A DNA stretch of 64,000 bases from Octopus vulgaris (taxonomy: Eukaryota). The number at the start of each line of letters is the position of its first letter. Position 1 is the first letter of the stretch. This document shows positions 25,583 through 39,424 of the stretch, piece by piece. The stretch is from contig OX597830.1 of NCBI GenBank assembly GCA_951406725.2, forward strand, positions 33,418,001 through 33,482,000, in the 5' to 3' direction. Under the pieces are notes generated by a model. It was not told the DNA's origin. It was given only the letters and a program-made list of their open reading frames with translations, and made no database searches. The position numbers were made by a program, and so were the translations under genes.

Positions 25583-26243
25583 TATCCTTTCTTAATACCG
25601 GTTCCCATATACTATTCATATATGCATTCGGTCTGCTTAGGCGATTGTTGTGTCCTAGCATATGTGCTGCTTTTAGTTTTCGTATTTTCCACTGGTGTTC
25701 TCTGTTTATTATTTTAACTTCATCGCACAGGGGGAGGTGGTCTCCATTTTTAATGTTACCAAAATCAAAGGTGGTGAATTAGAAGAATTGTGAGAATACC
25801 AGATGAAATAGTTAGTGGCATTTCTTCCAGATTTACATTGTGACTTTAAATTCTGTCAAAACCACCTTTGGTTTTCCTTCTTTTGCGGGGTCAATAGAAT
25901 GAGTACTAGTTTAGAAATGGTGATGAAAATTTCAGGCCATGTGTCTATAGCAGTAAAAAAACTATTACCAAAGTCACCAATTGTATTTCTGGAATGACCA
26001 TTTCAAAATTTCAGCTACATCATTCTTTCTTCATAAATCTAAAATTTCATTGTTCCGCAATAAATGGCAATTCCTTTCTCTATTCTTTTTGCTGTTTTGT
26101 TGTTTAGCACACTGATTAGTCATGAATGAGCAAACCTTTAATCAAAGGTTTTCCTACCGGCATCATTTTTGCATTATTTTCAAAGGCTGATGGTGATGAT
26201 GATGATACATATACATATAAGTGTACACACATATACATACATA

Positions 26244-26481
26244 CAGTCATGGCCAAAACTTTGGAACATAGGTCTGAGAATTAGAATTTTTATATCAAAT
26301 ACCCCAAAGCTATATTTAATTTGTAATATATAATTAATTACTTGGCCAAAAGTCTGGAACGTAGGTCTTGAAAATTAGAATTTTTATATCAAATGACTAA
26401 ATATATTTCAATCAAATTGTACTTCGGCATAATAATTTTAATTCAAAAAATAACGTTCCAAACTTTTTGGGGCCATGGTTG
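26244..26481. mobile_element. Tc1-type MITE
   Basis: TA|CAGTCATGGCCAAAACTTTGGAAC ... GTTCCAAACTTTTTGGGGCCATGGTTG|TA; internal ~50-bp direct repeat of the left end at 26344-26394. Confidence 0.8.
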
Positions 26482-27069
26482 TATATGTATGTAAGGTGTG
26501 AGGTGTTGCACTCATGACTGTGAGAACAAGGGTTCAATACCTGGATCAGGTGGTGCATTGTGTTCTTGAGCAAAGCACTTCATCTCACGTTGCTCTGTGA
26601 TCATTTCAACACCTGATGTATGGTACACTGTGTACCTGTTCAGGTAACATTGATTTCATGCAAAGATTGAGCTAATGTACGGCACATACGTTTGATCTCT
26701 TTATAAACAAATCATTTGTGTTGGTTGTCTAGCAAGAAATTGCAGAACAATTTTTCAGGGACTACAAGAGAATACCATCATATAGGTCCATATGTACATA
26801 AATGGAAGTGTCTATATATGTATGCATGTAGGTTTCTGAATGTGTGTATGTTTATGTACGTGTATATACATGAGTATATGAGTCTATGCTTGTCACCTTG
26901 TCTTGATGTTGTATGCTAACTGTAAACAAGTGCTAACAGTATATTAGTTTGCAATGATGATGATGATAACGTGATGACGATGATGATGATGAGGAGGAGG
27001 AGGATAATGATTGCTGTTATGATGATGATGGTGGTAATGATGATGATGATGACGATGGCGACTACCTTT

Positions 27070-27343
27070 AATCTTTTATCTTTTGCTTGTCTTAGTAACC
27101 AGACTGCAGCCATGCTGGGGCATCGCCTTGAAGAACTTTTAGCTGAATGAACTAACCCCAGCACTTACTGTTTGAAGCCTTGTACTTATTCTATCAGTCT
27201 CTTTTGCTGAGCCACTAAGTTACAGGGACATAAACACACCGACACCAGTTTTCAAGTGGTACTGAGAGATAAAGACAGACACAGAGGCAAAGACACATGC
27301 ATATGCCTCTCCCTCTCTCCCTTTCTCTCTCTCTATATATATG

Positions 27344-27378
<35 letters not shown>

Positions 27379-27379
27379 G

Positions 27380-27426
<47 letters not shown>

Positions 27427-27605
27427 ATAGCTAGATAAATAGATAGATGATGGGCTTCTTTGAGTTCCTGTTGATCAAATCCAAACACTAGGCTTTGGTC
27501 AGGCTAAGGCTATAATTGAAGACACTTGCTTAAGGCGCCACACTCAGGGACTGAACCCAGAACCATGTGGTTGAGAAACAAACTTCTTACCACATGGCTA
27601 CACCT
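27070..27605 (-). mobile_element. Diverged SINE family B
   Basis: Recognisable tail, expanded microsatellite and GGGACTGAACCCAGAACCATGTGGTTG head. Confidence 0.75.
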
Positions 27606-27985
27606 GATGATGATGTTATGTACATATACACAAACATGCGCCTTTCTATGCAGTTATATATCATGACATTCGTAAATTGAATACCTAGTGAAGTTGTTCA
27701 TTATCTATGCCCATACCGGTAATGCATCAAGGTTCAGCTATACACGAATTGGCCGAAGTGCTTCTTCAAAAGGTAATTTGGATTATTGCAAATTGTTTAC
27801 TTGGAAAACAGGAATAGTTTAAATGAAGTAACCCTCCACTGCTATAAAAAGAAAATGCAAAAGCAAGGAACATGGATGTTACAAAACAATAACAACACAG
27901 AAAAATGTACAGAGTTAAAACTTATCATAAATTTGTAAATTTACAAATGAAATTCAATTACATTTCTGAAACCTAATTCAGTTTC

Positions 27986-28067
<82 letters not shown>

Positions 28068-28169
28068 TGTGTGTGCATGTGAGTGTATAAATTTGAAGGA
28101 GCGTGAATTCATGTATTTATGCCTATATCTTTATTTATGCGATTGTATATCTATATATATGTGTATATA

Positions 28170-28204
<35 letters not shown>

Positions 28205-28314
28205 GCCACTATATTATTATATAGAAGCTTATTCATTATTGAAATACTGGTGTATATATGATGTACATAAACATATATTAACATGTGTTTGAAGTATTAA
28301 TATATATGTATATA

Positions 28315-28351
<37 letters not shown>

Positions 28352-28741
28352 TTATACATATGCGTGTGCATGTGTGTGTTTGTATGTATATATATGTGTC
28401 TGTATATATTTATATATATATATGTATTTATATGTATATGTGTATATCTATATATTTATATGTGTGTATACAAACACACACACACACTCATATGCATACA
28501 GCATAATATATGTAAATGAATAAATAAGTAAAACATGAATGAAAAATAACATCAAAATTAATTACAATACATAATATATTTTTGGAAAATATTGTTTCCA
28601 TACTGCGGAAAGATCCTAATTTTCTAAGCTTTGACGAGTAGTTTGTGGATAAAGCAATTTAAAAGATGGTTAAATAATAATTAAATGCTATCTATTTATC
28701 TACATAGCAATCTATCTGTACATTATATAGTATTTATATTT

Positions 28742-28778
<37 letters not shown>

Positions 28779-29319
28779 ACATCATCATTATTGCTATTAT
28801 TATATGCTATATACCATTAGCATGCACACTGAAACAGACATAAACATACATTTACAGAAACAAACATATTATATATGCATGTGTGTATATATATCGATAT
28901 ATACATATCTATGTGTAAATGCATATATATATATATATATATATATTCATATACATATACATGTATTTATATTCATGAATTTGTAGGTATATATATATGT
29001 GCTGTATATTTTATCACATGTATGTATATATATAGAAAAAGGGAAGAAAAATTATTTACCCCTCTCAAAATAATAGCTGTTTAATCATATAGCTTTGGGG
29101 ACCGAACACATAGAATTAATTAGTTGTATACAGCAAATACAGAGGTAGTTTAGTGCGCTGTGGTTCTTTTACAAGGTGAAAGACATGAAATAATAATAGC
29201 TAACACAAATAGATAGACAGACAGACAGATAGATAAACAGATACAGCTGACGAAAGGGCAAAATAACTGTGATGTTATATAATTTGCAAATATATACATA
29301 AACACATATATTTACATTC

Positions 29320-29555
<236 letters not shown>

Positions 29556-29674
29556 GCTTAAATGTGTAAAGCAAACTTTAATAACAGCACTGAAAAACAT
29601 TTAAAGTTGTTCTTGAAGTTTCTTTAATATTTTAGATATTAATAAGTATATAAAATTATTGTTGTTGCTGTTGC

Positions 29675-29705
<31 letters not shown>

Positions 29706-29889
29706 GGTGATGTGTGTGTGTGGTTTAGTTAGGGAAAGAGAGAGACCAAAGATAAGACGATAAGATATGTTCTATGTGATCAAGGCTGGAGAACTAGTTT
29801 CAATTGCGGAAAAGGTATTACATTACATTATCGTTATCATTAATGATTTGACATTTCAAACTGACAGGGACATTACATAATTAGATTCT

Positions 29890-30413
29890 TTTATTCTTTT
29901 ATTCTTGTACTTGTTTCAGTCATTTGGCTGTACTGTGACCATACTGGAGCACTGTCCTTAGTCGAACAAACCGACCACAGGACTTATTCTTTGTAAGCTT
30001 AGTTCTTATCCTATTGGTCTCTTTTACCAAACTGCTAAATTACAGGGGTATAAATACACCAACATCGGTTGTCAAGTAATGGTGGGAGGACAAACACAGA
30101 CACACAAATATACACATATGTATATATATATATATATTTGCCATGATTGACTGCTAAATCCACAAGTTTTTTTTATTATCTCTGTTTATTTCCTTGTGTT
30201 CCTTTCTGTCGAAGAGCATAGGCTCAAAATGTAAAAGACTTTCTCACCTTCCCAACCTGCTTGTTGTTTATACACCTGTCTTTGACTTTTGTTTTTCTGT
30301 AAATTTCAATTATTTGTATATCCATACATACACACACACACATATATATATGTATGTATATATATATATGTGAGTATACATATATATGTATACACTGAAA
30401 GAAGTCCATCATG

Positions 30414-30457
<44 letters not shown>

Positions 30458-30620
30458 TATGACGGACTTCTTTCAGTTTCCTTCTACCAAATCCACTCAC
30501 AAGGCTTTGGTCAGCCTGAGGCTATAGTAGAAGACACTTGCCCAAGGTGCCAATAAGTGGGACTGAGCTCGGAACCATGTGGTTGGTAAGCAAGCTACTT
30601 ATCAGCCAGGACCGCTCCTA
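29890..30620 (-). mobile_element. SINE family B with an HHR element nested in its TA tract
   Basis: Tail half at 29890-30120 and head half at 30460-30620. Confidence 0.8.
30138..30313 (+). mobile_element. TA-targeting ~190-bp hammerhead-like element (CTGTYGA core), copy 1
   Basis: CTTT CTGTCGA AGAGC ATAG GCTC AAAAT GTA AAAG at 30202-30237; homologous to 53158-53353 and 56354-56520. Confidence 0.75.
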
Positions 30621-31261
30621 TGTTGATCTTTGTTTGAAACTGAAGCTATGGAGGATCAAGAAGAGGATCAACTTCTTCATAGTTGCATGAATTGCTAGAT
30701 ATAACAACTATATCTTCCTCAAATCAAACTCTACCATCCAGGATAAAAAATACCAATATTTTAGATAATGTGGTCTTAGCTTAACTGTTTTAGGAAAATA
30801 GATAGATGTGATCATTGCCGTAATATCTTTGGCCATAATTCTTCTCCATCAGGTTTAAGGGGTTATACTACAACTGAATATTCCATAAATATATCTACCC
30901 TTAAAGTAATTCTCAAGCTGAATAAGCATGATATGGTGTCTGAAGAAGGCTGGTCTTTTGAATTAAATGCATAATCCACTGGAAAGGCTTCCATGCAGTT
31001 GCTGTCTGCAAAGATTTCACACGCACAAATGCTCAGATCAACCCAGGGCTATAGTAAAGGATTCTTGCTCAAGATGACATGCTGTGGGATTGAACCTGAA
31101 ACCTCATGCTTGCTAAGTAAACTCCTTAACCATTCAGGCAGAGAGCACTAGTAGCAAATGCAAGTATGCACAGACATGTGTATATTCAATTGCAAGTACA
31201 TACACATATGCCCACATAGGGGTATTTCATGTTCCATTTTGTTTGAATTTTCTTTCTGATC

Positions 31262-31595
31262 CTTGATTGGCACCCATGCCAGTGGAACATTAAAAGCACC
31301 ATCCAAGCATGATCATTGCCAGGGCTGCATATTGGCTCCTGTGCTGGTGGCATGTAAAAAGCACCATCCAAGCATGATTGTTGCCAGCATTGCCTTACCT
31401 GCACATGTGCCAGTAAGGTACTACACTCTCAGAATGGATGGTGTTAGGAAGGGCGTCCTGCTGTAAAAACTTTGCCAGGTCAGATTGGAGCCTGATGCAG
31501 CCTTCTGGCTCACCAGTCCTCAGTCAAGCCATCCAACCCATACCAGCATGGAAAGCAGATGTTAAACTACAATGATGATGAGGATGATGATGATC
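31262..31595 (+). mobile_element. Family C retroposon
   Basis: Tandem GGTGGCATGTAAAAAGCACCATCC units, conserved 3' end, (GAT)n tail. Confidence 0.75.
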
Positions 31596-31892
31596 CTTGA
31601 TACAAATTAATAAGCTAATTATTAACAGTATATTGAGATTAAACAGCTTTAATTGATAAGATGAGTTAATACCCTGCTGGAATTCAATCAGAGGAAATTA
31701 GATAGCATCAGATGTAGTCATCTGTCCAGCTGAATGATACAATGATTTGCTTTTCAAACAACAACAAAAAAAGAATTAAAAAAAAACAGCATCCTGTTAA
31801 GTTAGTCATCAACTGAAGGTCTCAAAACACATCTCTGGTTTCTGAAGTGAAATGGAAATCAAATTAGGGAGAAACTTAAGAAACCCTTGCAA

Positions 31893-32325
31893 TGGAGTGG
31901 CTGTGTGGTAGTAGCTTGCTTCCCAACTGCATGGTTCTGTGTTTAGTCCCACTGTGTGACACCTTCGGCAAGTGTTTTCTACTATAGCCTTGCGCCGACT
32001 AAAGCCTTGTGAGTGGATTTGGTTGATGGAAACTGAAAGAATCCCTTCATATATATATGTGTATGTGTGAGTGTGTGTGTGTGTGTGTGAGTTTGTGTGT
32101 GTGTGTGTGTGTATCTTTGTGTGTTTGTAGTTGTCCCCCACCATTACTTGACAACCGATGTTGATGTGTTTACGTCCCCATAACTTAGCAGTTTGGCAAA
32201 AAGAGACTGATAGAATAAGTACAAGGCTTACAAAGATTAAGTGCTAGGGGTTGATTTATTCAACTAAAGGTGGTGCTCCAGCATGGCCACAGTCAAATGA
32301 CTGAAACAAATAAAGGAGCAGAAGA
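31893..32325 (+). mobile_element. SINE family B
   Basis: GGAGTGGCTGTGTGGTAG head through to the TGACTGAAACAAATAAA tail. Confidence 0.85.
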
Positions 32326-32756
32326 ATAACGGCTGGCTTTTGCCTGGTTGTGTGTTGTGCTGATGTTGTTGTTAAGATGAGTTGTTAGGGTTAGCTTGTG
32401 GAAAAACTGTGTACAATAACTAAATAACATCAAGCATCTAAAAAAGGATTTATTATGTTACACCTGCCAGGGAAAGGTGTTCCAGTATTCTGGTTACACA
32501 TGTTGAATCAGCAAGAGAAACTATCATGTGAAAATCGAACCGTTGATTAACTGATAACTCGACCTTCCATGTGTCATAACTGTGATGACTCGAGTTCAGA
32601 TCTGCTATAGGATGACATAGAATATGGTTGTGAGTAAAAGACTGAACTAGCAATTTGTGTTTAAACTTACAATAAGTATTGCATTGTGTTGTTGTTTAAA
32701 TTCAGGTCAATCCTTATCTAGTAGCAGTCATATGTTCTAAGGTATTCCAGGCATGA

Positions 32757-32812
32757 CCATAACCCCAAGATTCCGAGTTCGATTCCAGGCAGTGACCTGA
32801 ATGATGATGATG

Positions 32813-32863
<51 letters not shown>

Positions 32864-32867
32864 GTAG

Positions 32868-32898
<31 letters not shown>

Positions 32899-32959
32899 AA
32901 TAATAATGATAATAGTAATAATAATAGTAATAATAATAGTAATAATAATAGTAATAATA

Positions 32960-33029
<70 letters not shown>

Positions 33030-33245
33030 CAATAATAATAATAATAATGATAATAATAATAATGATAATAATAATAATAACAATATCGAAAATATACATT
33101 AGAAATGAGAAACCAGGTTCAAAATTTCCCCAAGACACCTGATGAAGGCTGGAGGTTATATCAGCCAAAACGTTGTGTTGACAACAAACAAGATGAGGAC
33201 AAATATCCATTAAATGTAAATAATGTAAATAACGTAAATAATGTA
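32757..33245 (+). mobile_element. tRNA-head/(AAT)n/hammerhead element, copy 3 (expanded AAT tract)
   Basis: B box GAGTTCGATTCC, about 280 bp of (AAT)n, then the shared tail containing the HHR. Confidence 0.85.
33134..33179 (+). ncRNA. Minimal type I hammerhead ribozyme (G12>A)
   Basis: GACAC CTGATGA A GGCTG...CAGCC AAAAC GTT GTGTT; one CpG-type G>A change in GAAA. Confidence 0.7.
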
Positions 33246-33745
33246 TCAACAACTACATTATTAAATTTGTTGTCTTGTATTTTGAAGACTGTAGAGTATG
33301 ATTTGAGTAAGACTTAACTGCTATTTCTTGTAGATTAAGCGACCTGATAGATGTTCTCTCTCATTTGTTGGTGATGTTTAGCCAAAACATGTCCTATTGT
33401 GCAGGCTTATGATCAAAGGTGTTCCAGCAGTGATCACCACAACTTTTTCCCAAACACAATGCACAAAAGCATAAGTTATTCCCTCATTTCTTTTCCAAGA
33501 TTAATAAGGAGTGATTTGATGAAGATTTGGCTTCTATTTCTAGTAAATTTATTTACCATATAGAGACTTCCTCATTGTCTCTGAGCTGCTGATGTAATGA
33601 ATAACTAGCCCATGTTCAAATCTACTGCAAATGTTGCATTATGTTGGGCATTTTGGGGTCAGTATACATATTTGTACCAGCCACAGTTCATATAACTATC
33701 TGGAAGAGCAGCAGGATAGAGGATAAAACTCCTTCTCAAGTCATA

Positions 33746-34543
33746 TACTATAAAAATCCATGCAATTTGTGCCATTGTGTAATTTGCGCAGGTGATTTTC
33801 TGGATAAAAATTGTTAAAGAAAGCTTCTACTCATGTAAAATTCGCACCCAAAAGTTTTCAGAATTGCTGATATGGCCAGGGAGAAAAGGTTTACAGTTTA
33901 GTTGTATTTAGCATAATTTCACTTACTTATGATTAGATTTTAGTAAATTTCATTAAATGAAAATAATTTCTGTTTAACAGGTATCACATTAAAAGTTATT
34001 AAATTACAATTTGTTTGTGTAGTTTATAATAAACTTTATTTTACATTTCTTTCCCATAAGAGATTATGTTCAATCTTTAGCATACTGCTGTATGCCTTCT
34101 CAAATCATGCTTACAGGCAAAGTTGTTGATAAGAATTATCAACAAAAACAAAGCCGATAAATATGCACAGGTATTGCAAATTAAGTTTAATTATCAATAT
34201 GTAAAATATGGCCCAGAGTATTATTACCAGCATGACTTCAGAAAGTAGTTAACCATTTAATGGTTTTGTAAATTTATACAGAAAATGTAAGCATTATACT
34301 GTCCAGCATAAATAAAAGCCAACTTCATTATATTTTAAGCACTTATTTTTTCTGTAAAAACTTATTCTGGTATTAAATGAGTTACCTTCCAGTACAAATG
34401 TTTATGTTCTGTATGTCTTTTTTGAACAAAAAAATTTCTAAAAAATTTCTGTAAACGATCAACTCATTTAATTTATGCACCCTAAAGTTTAATTTTATTT
34501 TTGTAAAAAAAAAAATGTGTAAATTACACGGGTTTTTCTGATA
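33746..34543. mobile_element. pogo/Tc2-like non-autonomous element
   Basis: Left AAAATCCATGCAATTTGTGC...TGTAATTTGCGCA and right TAATTTATGCACC...GTGTAAATTACACGGGTTTTT form degenerate inverted termini. Confidence 0.45.
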
Positions 34544-34967
34544 GACTCATAAGGTTATTTTTCTGGTTTTTGTGGCATACATATTTCTTCCTGGATGGTA
34601 AGTTGGTCTGTCACAGGATTACTTATTTTTTACAGCTGATTGGGCTAGAGCAACATGAAATGAAGAGTTTTACTCAAGAATAGAATGTGCTGCTGGTGTG
34701 GGAAGGGATCATGGGAGCAACACTTTCCCTGCTGACTAGTCAGGCAGACTAAAATTCCTCCTGAAAGGAATACCTGTCTATTCAGGGTTGCCTATTTAAA
34801 GGTGAACAGACCAGAGCAATATAAAATGAAGTGTTTTCCTCAAGAACATAATGCAATACCTGGTCCAGGAATTGAAACTACAATCTTGCAATCATGAGGC
34901 TAACACCCTAGCTACTAAGCCATAAGCCTCCTGAAGTGGCAACAGCTCTTTTGGTGATGTTAACAAT

Positions 34968-35274
34968 TCTTTCACCCTTTTCAAGCCTAGCCAGGCTCAT
35001 GGGCCTGGTTTCCCAGTTTCTGTGGCGTATGTGTTCCCCCCAACTGGATGGGATGCCAGTCCATCACAGTGTTATTCAAGAAACAGGAAGAGAGAGTAAG
35101 AGAAAGTCGTGGCAAAAGAGTACAACGGGGGTCGCCACCACCCCCTGTTGGAGCCTCGTGGAGCTTTTAGGTGTTTTCACTCAATAAACACACACAATGC
35201 CCAGTGTGGGAATCAAAATTGCGATCTTCCGACCTGAGTCCGTTGCCCTAACCACTGGGCCATTGCGCCTCCAC
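34968..35274 (-). mobile_element. SINE family D with 12-bp TSD
   Basis: TSD GATGTTAACAAT at 34956-34967 and 35275-35286. Confidence 0.9.
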
Positions 35275-36451
35275 GATGTTAACAATGGAAGTCTAATATT
35301 ATATCCAGGTGAAGTTTTATAGCTCTCCAGCTTAACATCATAAAATATGTACAAAGCAGTCGAATCCCAACACTCCCTTGGGACTTTTACATGCATATTT
35401 ACATTACAGCATTATAGAATTTATCCATTACTAAGTAAATTTTCTAAACAAACCTGGTGGGGTTGTTGTATCAGAGATGTTACTGACCAAGTATACAATA
35501 AAATGCTTGCATTGTTGAGAATCTAAATTTAGAGAGAGAGAGAGAGAGAAAGAGAGAACAAGACCTTTAATCAGCGAAACACTGGCCTGGTGAGTCAAAT
35601 TAATGAATATCTATTACAACGAACATTTATCCTTCATGATATCTTGCATCTCATCATAATCTGTCTGATCTGTTTGTAGTAGGATCAGAGAATCAGCCTG
35701 GAAGTGGCCTTCATATTCCTTCCAGTGAATGAATGGATTGGGACTTTTAACACCAATTGTATGTCAGGCAGCATCTTGAGATAATATGAATTCCTCTTTA
35801 GTTGAAGAAAGGTGTCAGTGCTAACAATTATTTCTTCAATTGTATTCTCACTACTAAATATCAGATTCGTACCACCCACTAATTATTTAAAAGCATATTT
35901 TATTGATCAAGACATTTCAGTATTGATTCTCTCTGCTCGAGTATATAATAAGCAACCACATGGTTATTGGCAGATGTTGGAGAGTTAAGTACTTTGTTCT
36001 GTAGAGAAATATTGATATCTTGGCAAGATTAATTCTTCTTATCGTGTGAAGCAACATGACTTCTAGTCTAACTATCATCTCACCTTCTGTGCCTCTTCAC
36101 CCACTTCTCATTATCCAATCTTACCACATGTCTGTAACACCTCAACATTATTTAATGCCACTCTTGGCTACTGCCGTCTCGTAATCTCTTAGACTTTTTC
36201 ACCCATTCTTATCACGTGTCACATGGATATCTTTAATCTACCATTGCTGAAAAACATAACTGCCATCTCACAGTGTTTCTCCATTTGGTTCTCATCATAC
36301 ATTCTCGCCACATGTCTATGAGCCAATGAGTTAGCCTCTACATAGTCGCTCAATCAGATAGAAATAGCAGCCTAAACTTCCTCACTTACACACTACCATC
36401 TTAGGGAAGGAAAAGGATGCATTGAATAATATAATACCACATTCTTTAAAA

Positions 36452-36832
36452 CTCTTTTACTCTTTCACTTGTTTCAGTCATTTGACTGTGGCGATGCTGG
36501 AGCAAATCGATCCCAGGACTTATTCTTTGGAAGCCTAGTACTTATTCTATCGGTCTCTTTTGCCGAACCACTAAGTTATAGGGATGTAAACACACCAGCA
36601 TCAGTTGTCAAGCGATGTCGGGGGACAAACACAGACACACAAACACATACACACACATACATATATATACATATATACGACAGGCTTCTTTCAGTTTCCA
36701 TCTACCAAATCCACTCACAAGGCTTTGGTCAGCCTGAGGCTATAGTAGAAAACACTTACCCAAGGTGGGACTGAACCCAGAACCATGTGGTTGGTAAGCA
36801 AGCTACTTACCACACAGCCACTCCTGTACCTA
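36452..36832 (-). mobile_element. SINE family B
   Basis: Reverse complement of 23093-23507 with small deletions. Confidence 0.85.
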
Positions 36833-36952
36833 TATAAGATGGCCGAGACTAGAATGCTTTTGATCATAAATCTGCACGACTAAAGATGTCCAAAAGACAA
36901 ACAGAATCACCACTAACGACAACAACTATATGTTAATATAATCTTAAATCTA

Positions 36953-37585
36953 AAGGTGGCAAGCTGGGAAAATCATTAGCATACTGAACAAAATACTCAG
37001 TGGCATTCTGTTTGTGTTTATGTTATGAGTTCAAATTCCACTGAGGTCAGCTTTGCCTTTCATCCTTTTGGTATCAATAAATTAAATAACAGTCAAGCAC
37101 TAGGATCAATGTAATACATCTTCACCTTTATTGCTGGCCTTGTTCCAAAATTTGAAAGCATTATTATTACTATTGTTGTTGTTGTTATTATTATTATTAT
37201 TATTATTATTGTTATTATTATTATTGTTATTACTAATAAGGCGGTGAGCTGACAGAATTGTTAGTGTGCTGGGTGAAATGCTTAGTGGCATTTCATCTGT
37301 CTTTACGTTCTGAGTTCAAATTCCACCGGGGTCAAGTTTGCTTTCATCCTTCCGGGGTCAATAAAGTAAGTACCAGTTACATACTGGAGGTCAATCTAAT
37401 TGACTGAGCCCCACCTTCCCCCAAAATTTCAGCCCTTGTGCCTACAGTAGAAAGGATTATTATTGTTATTAATAAGGCAGTGACCTGGCAGAATCATTAG
37501 CACGCCAGACAAAATCTTTAGCAGCATTTCATCCATCTTTACGTTCTGAGTTCAAATTCCGCTGGGGTCAGCTTTGCCCTTCATC
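36953..37585 (+). mobile_element. Three tandem SINE family A copies separated by (TTA)n
   Basis: AAGG(T/C)(G/A)G heads near 36953, 37238 and 37474, each followed by GAGTTCAAATTCC. Confidence 0.85.
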
Positions 37586-37790
37586 ATTATGAAGACTAAC
37601 TGTATGGATATGTTTGTTTGTGTGTGTATCGATATGTAATTATAAGAACTCAAGGATCTAAGTGTAGGAAGGTTGTAAGCTTCAAGCAGTCCGTGGTAAG
37701 CATAAAAACCAATGTTCAAATTATTTATCTTCAGCAAGTTAAATTGGGATTGCTTAACAATAATGCAGTCTTCATATAATTAAAGTATCC

Positions 37791-37862
37791 TCAGCCTGAT
37801 GAGATGCTAGCTGAGTATCCCTGATTGAACAATTATTACATCAGAAACATATGTAGTCCAGA
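37791..37862 (+). ncRNA. Hammerhead-like motif
   Basis: CTGATGA (37796-37802), GATG...CATC, an extra A, GAAAC (37844-37848), ATATGT A; palindromic ACATATGT; stem I pairing is poor. The element runs into (TA)n like the other HHR families. Confidence 0.45.
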
Positions 37863-37888
37863 TTTTACCTGCTCCACTTCCTCAATTT

Positions 37889-37935
<47 letters not shown>

Positions 37936-37936
<1 letters not shown>

Positions 37937-38171
37937 TCTTTTATTTGTTTCAGACATTTGATTGTGGCCATGCAATCACCACATTTTAGCTGAAGAAATC
38001 AACCCCAGGACTTATTCTTTGTAAGCCTGGTACTTATTCTATTGGTCTCTTTTGCCATACAGCTAAGTTACGGGGACATAGACATACCAACGTCAGTTGC
38101 CAAATGATGGTGGTGGTGGTGGTTGTAGTGGTACAAACACAGACAAAAAAGACACAAACATAAATAAATAA

Positions 38172-38240
<69 letters not shown>

Positions 38241-38390
38241 CATACACACACGACAGGCTTCTTTCAGTTTCCATCTACCAAAATCCAATCATAAGGCTTT
38301 GGTAGAAGACACTTGCCCAAGGTGTCACACAGTGAGACTGAACCCAGAACCATGTGGTGGGAAGCAAGCTTCTTACTACATTCCATGTCT
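37936..38390 (-). mobile_element. Diverged SINE family B
   Basis: GGACTTATTCTTTGTAAGCC and CTTCTTTCAGTTTCCATCTACC landmarks. Confidence 0.8.
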
Positions 38391-38860
38391 TATATATTAT
38401 ATAAGGCATTATAATCCAGGTTATGTCCTCATGAAGCACATGTACATGTTCACATTAATCCAATGTATGTAAGCCTGGTCAGGTGTAGGGGTATGCACCA
38501 TTGCAGCACATTAATCATTTATCGGTGTATTCTGAGGTCCTTCCTGGCAAACTGTCAGGTAGAAGAATCCCACTCACTCCCCAGCTCCATGAGATACTTC
38601 CTATCCACTATAAACATGTGGCATGTGGTATATATGTATGTATGTATATGTTTTACTTTCAATGTGAAAAACATAGCAACTGAAGTGTTGGGGGAAATTC
38701 ACTTTGCGGAAGACTGAAAAGTTTTGGTGTTTTTAATAATTAAAAATTTATCAAATTTTTTCCAATCTTCTGTTTTGGTATATATTTATATGTGCATACA
38801 TATATATGTATGTATGTATGCATGTATCTCCCACTTTCTCTCTCTATAAATATAGACATA

Positions 38861-39424
38861 CACAGACATGCAGGAAGTAAATAGACACCTTTCATTTTCA
38901 AAATCTTTCATTTGATATTAATTGATTGAAGGAGAGGTATTCTTCTAGCTGCTCATCCATAATACCCAAGCTTATGCAGATATGTAACACACATTCTTGG
39001 ACTAACCTTCTAGCTGTTTGGCAATGTCAGAAGCCTTTGAACTGGGTTTTTGTTTTCCGCAATTCTCTTCAAACAGCGAAGTTTCCTTTCAGAGGGCCCA
39101 GGTCGGCCGGGACAAGAATCTGTTGATTTTTTCCTTGGCTTCTGAATTATACTATAATTCTATTAACAGTAGCAAGAGGAATTTGAAAATTTTCAGCAAT
39201 TTTTTGCCAGCTAAGACCAACATCAGATTGCCCAACAATCTGACAGTTGTGCTGAATTTTTTGTCCGTGGCATGGTTTCTCTTCACAAATGCTTAATATA
39301 ATGGCACCTGGAATGAAAAAGAATAATTTCATTGTAAATTCTGCACCGCTGAAAACATATTAAGATGCTCAGATCAGAAATTTTTCAAAATTAAAGGTGT
39401 CTATTTATTTCCTGCATGTCTGTG
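38861..39424 (-). mobile_element. Internally deleted Tc1 transposon retaining the DNA-binding domain
   Basis: TA TSD; ~40-bp TIRs CACAGACATGCAGGAA(G/A)TAAATAGACACCTTT; minus-strand relic MPRTK...GLSWQKIAENFQIPLATVNRII...PGRPGPSERKLR...LHKLGYYG*AARRIPLL (Tc1 paired-like HTH with the GRP motif); no DDE domain. Confidence 0.92.

Larger units (their letters stand above)
25022..25740 (-). mobile_element. tRNA-head/(AAT)n/hammerhead element, copy 2 (longest), interrupted by SINE A
   Basis: Minus strand: leader, tRNA-like segment at 25210-25290, short (AAT)n, then the tail shared with the copies at 16190-16532 and 32757-33245. The upstream boundary at 25740 is tentative. Confidence 0.75.

Noticed and set aside
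27706-27816. Plus-strand peptide PIPVMHQGSAIHELAEVLLQKVIW, faintly PIF1/Helitron-like
   Set aside because: Too short and the diagnostic DE motif is absent.
29177-29188. TGAAAGACATG resembling the start of miR-71
   Set aside because: Only an 11-nt match with no hairpin; I recognised no conserved miRNA in the window.
35600-36330. Protein-like frames and RTE-like fragments (also 1400-1760, 44100-44400 and 57560-57900)
   Set aside because: Too degenerate to assign without a database search.
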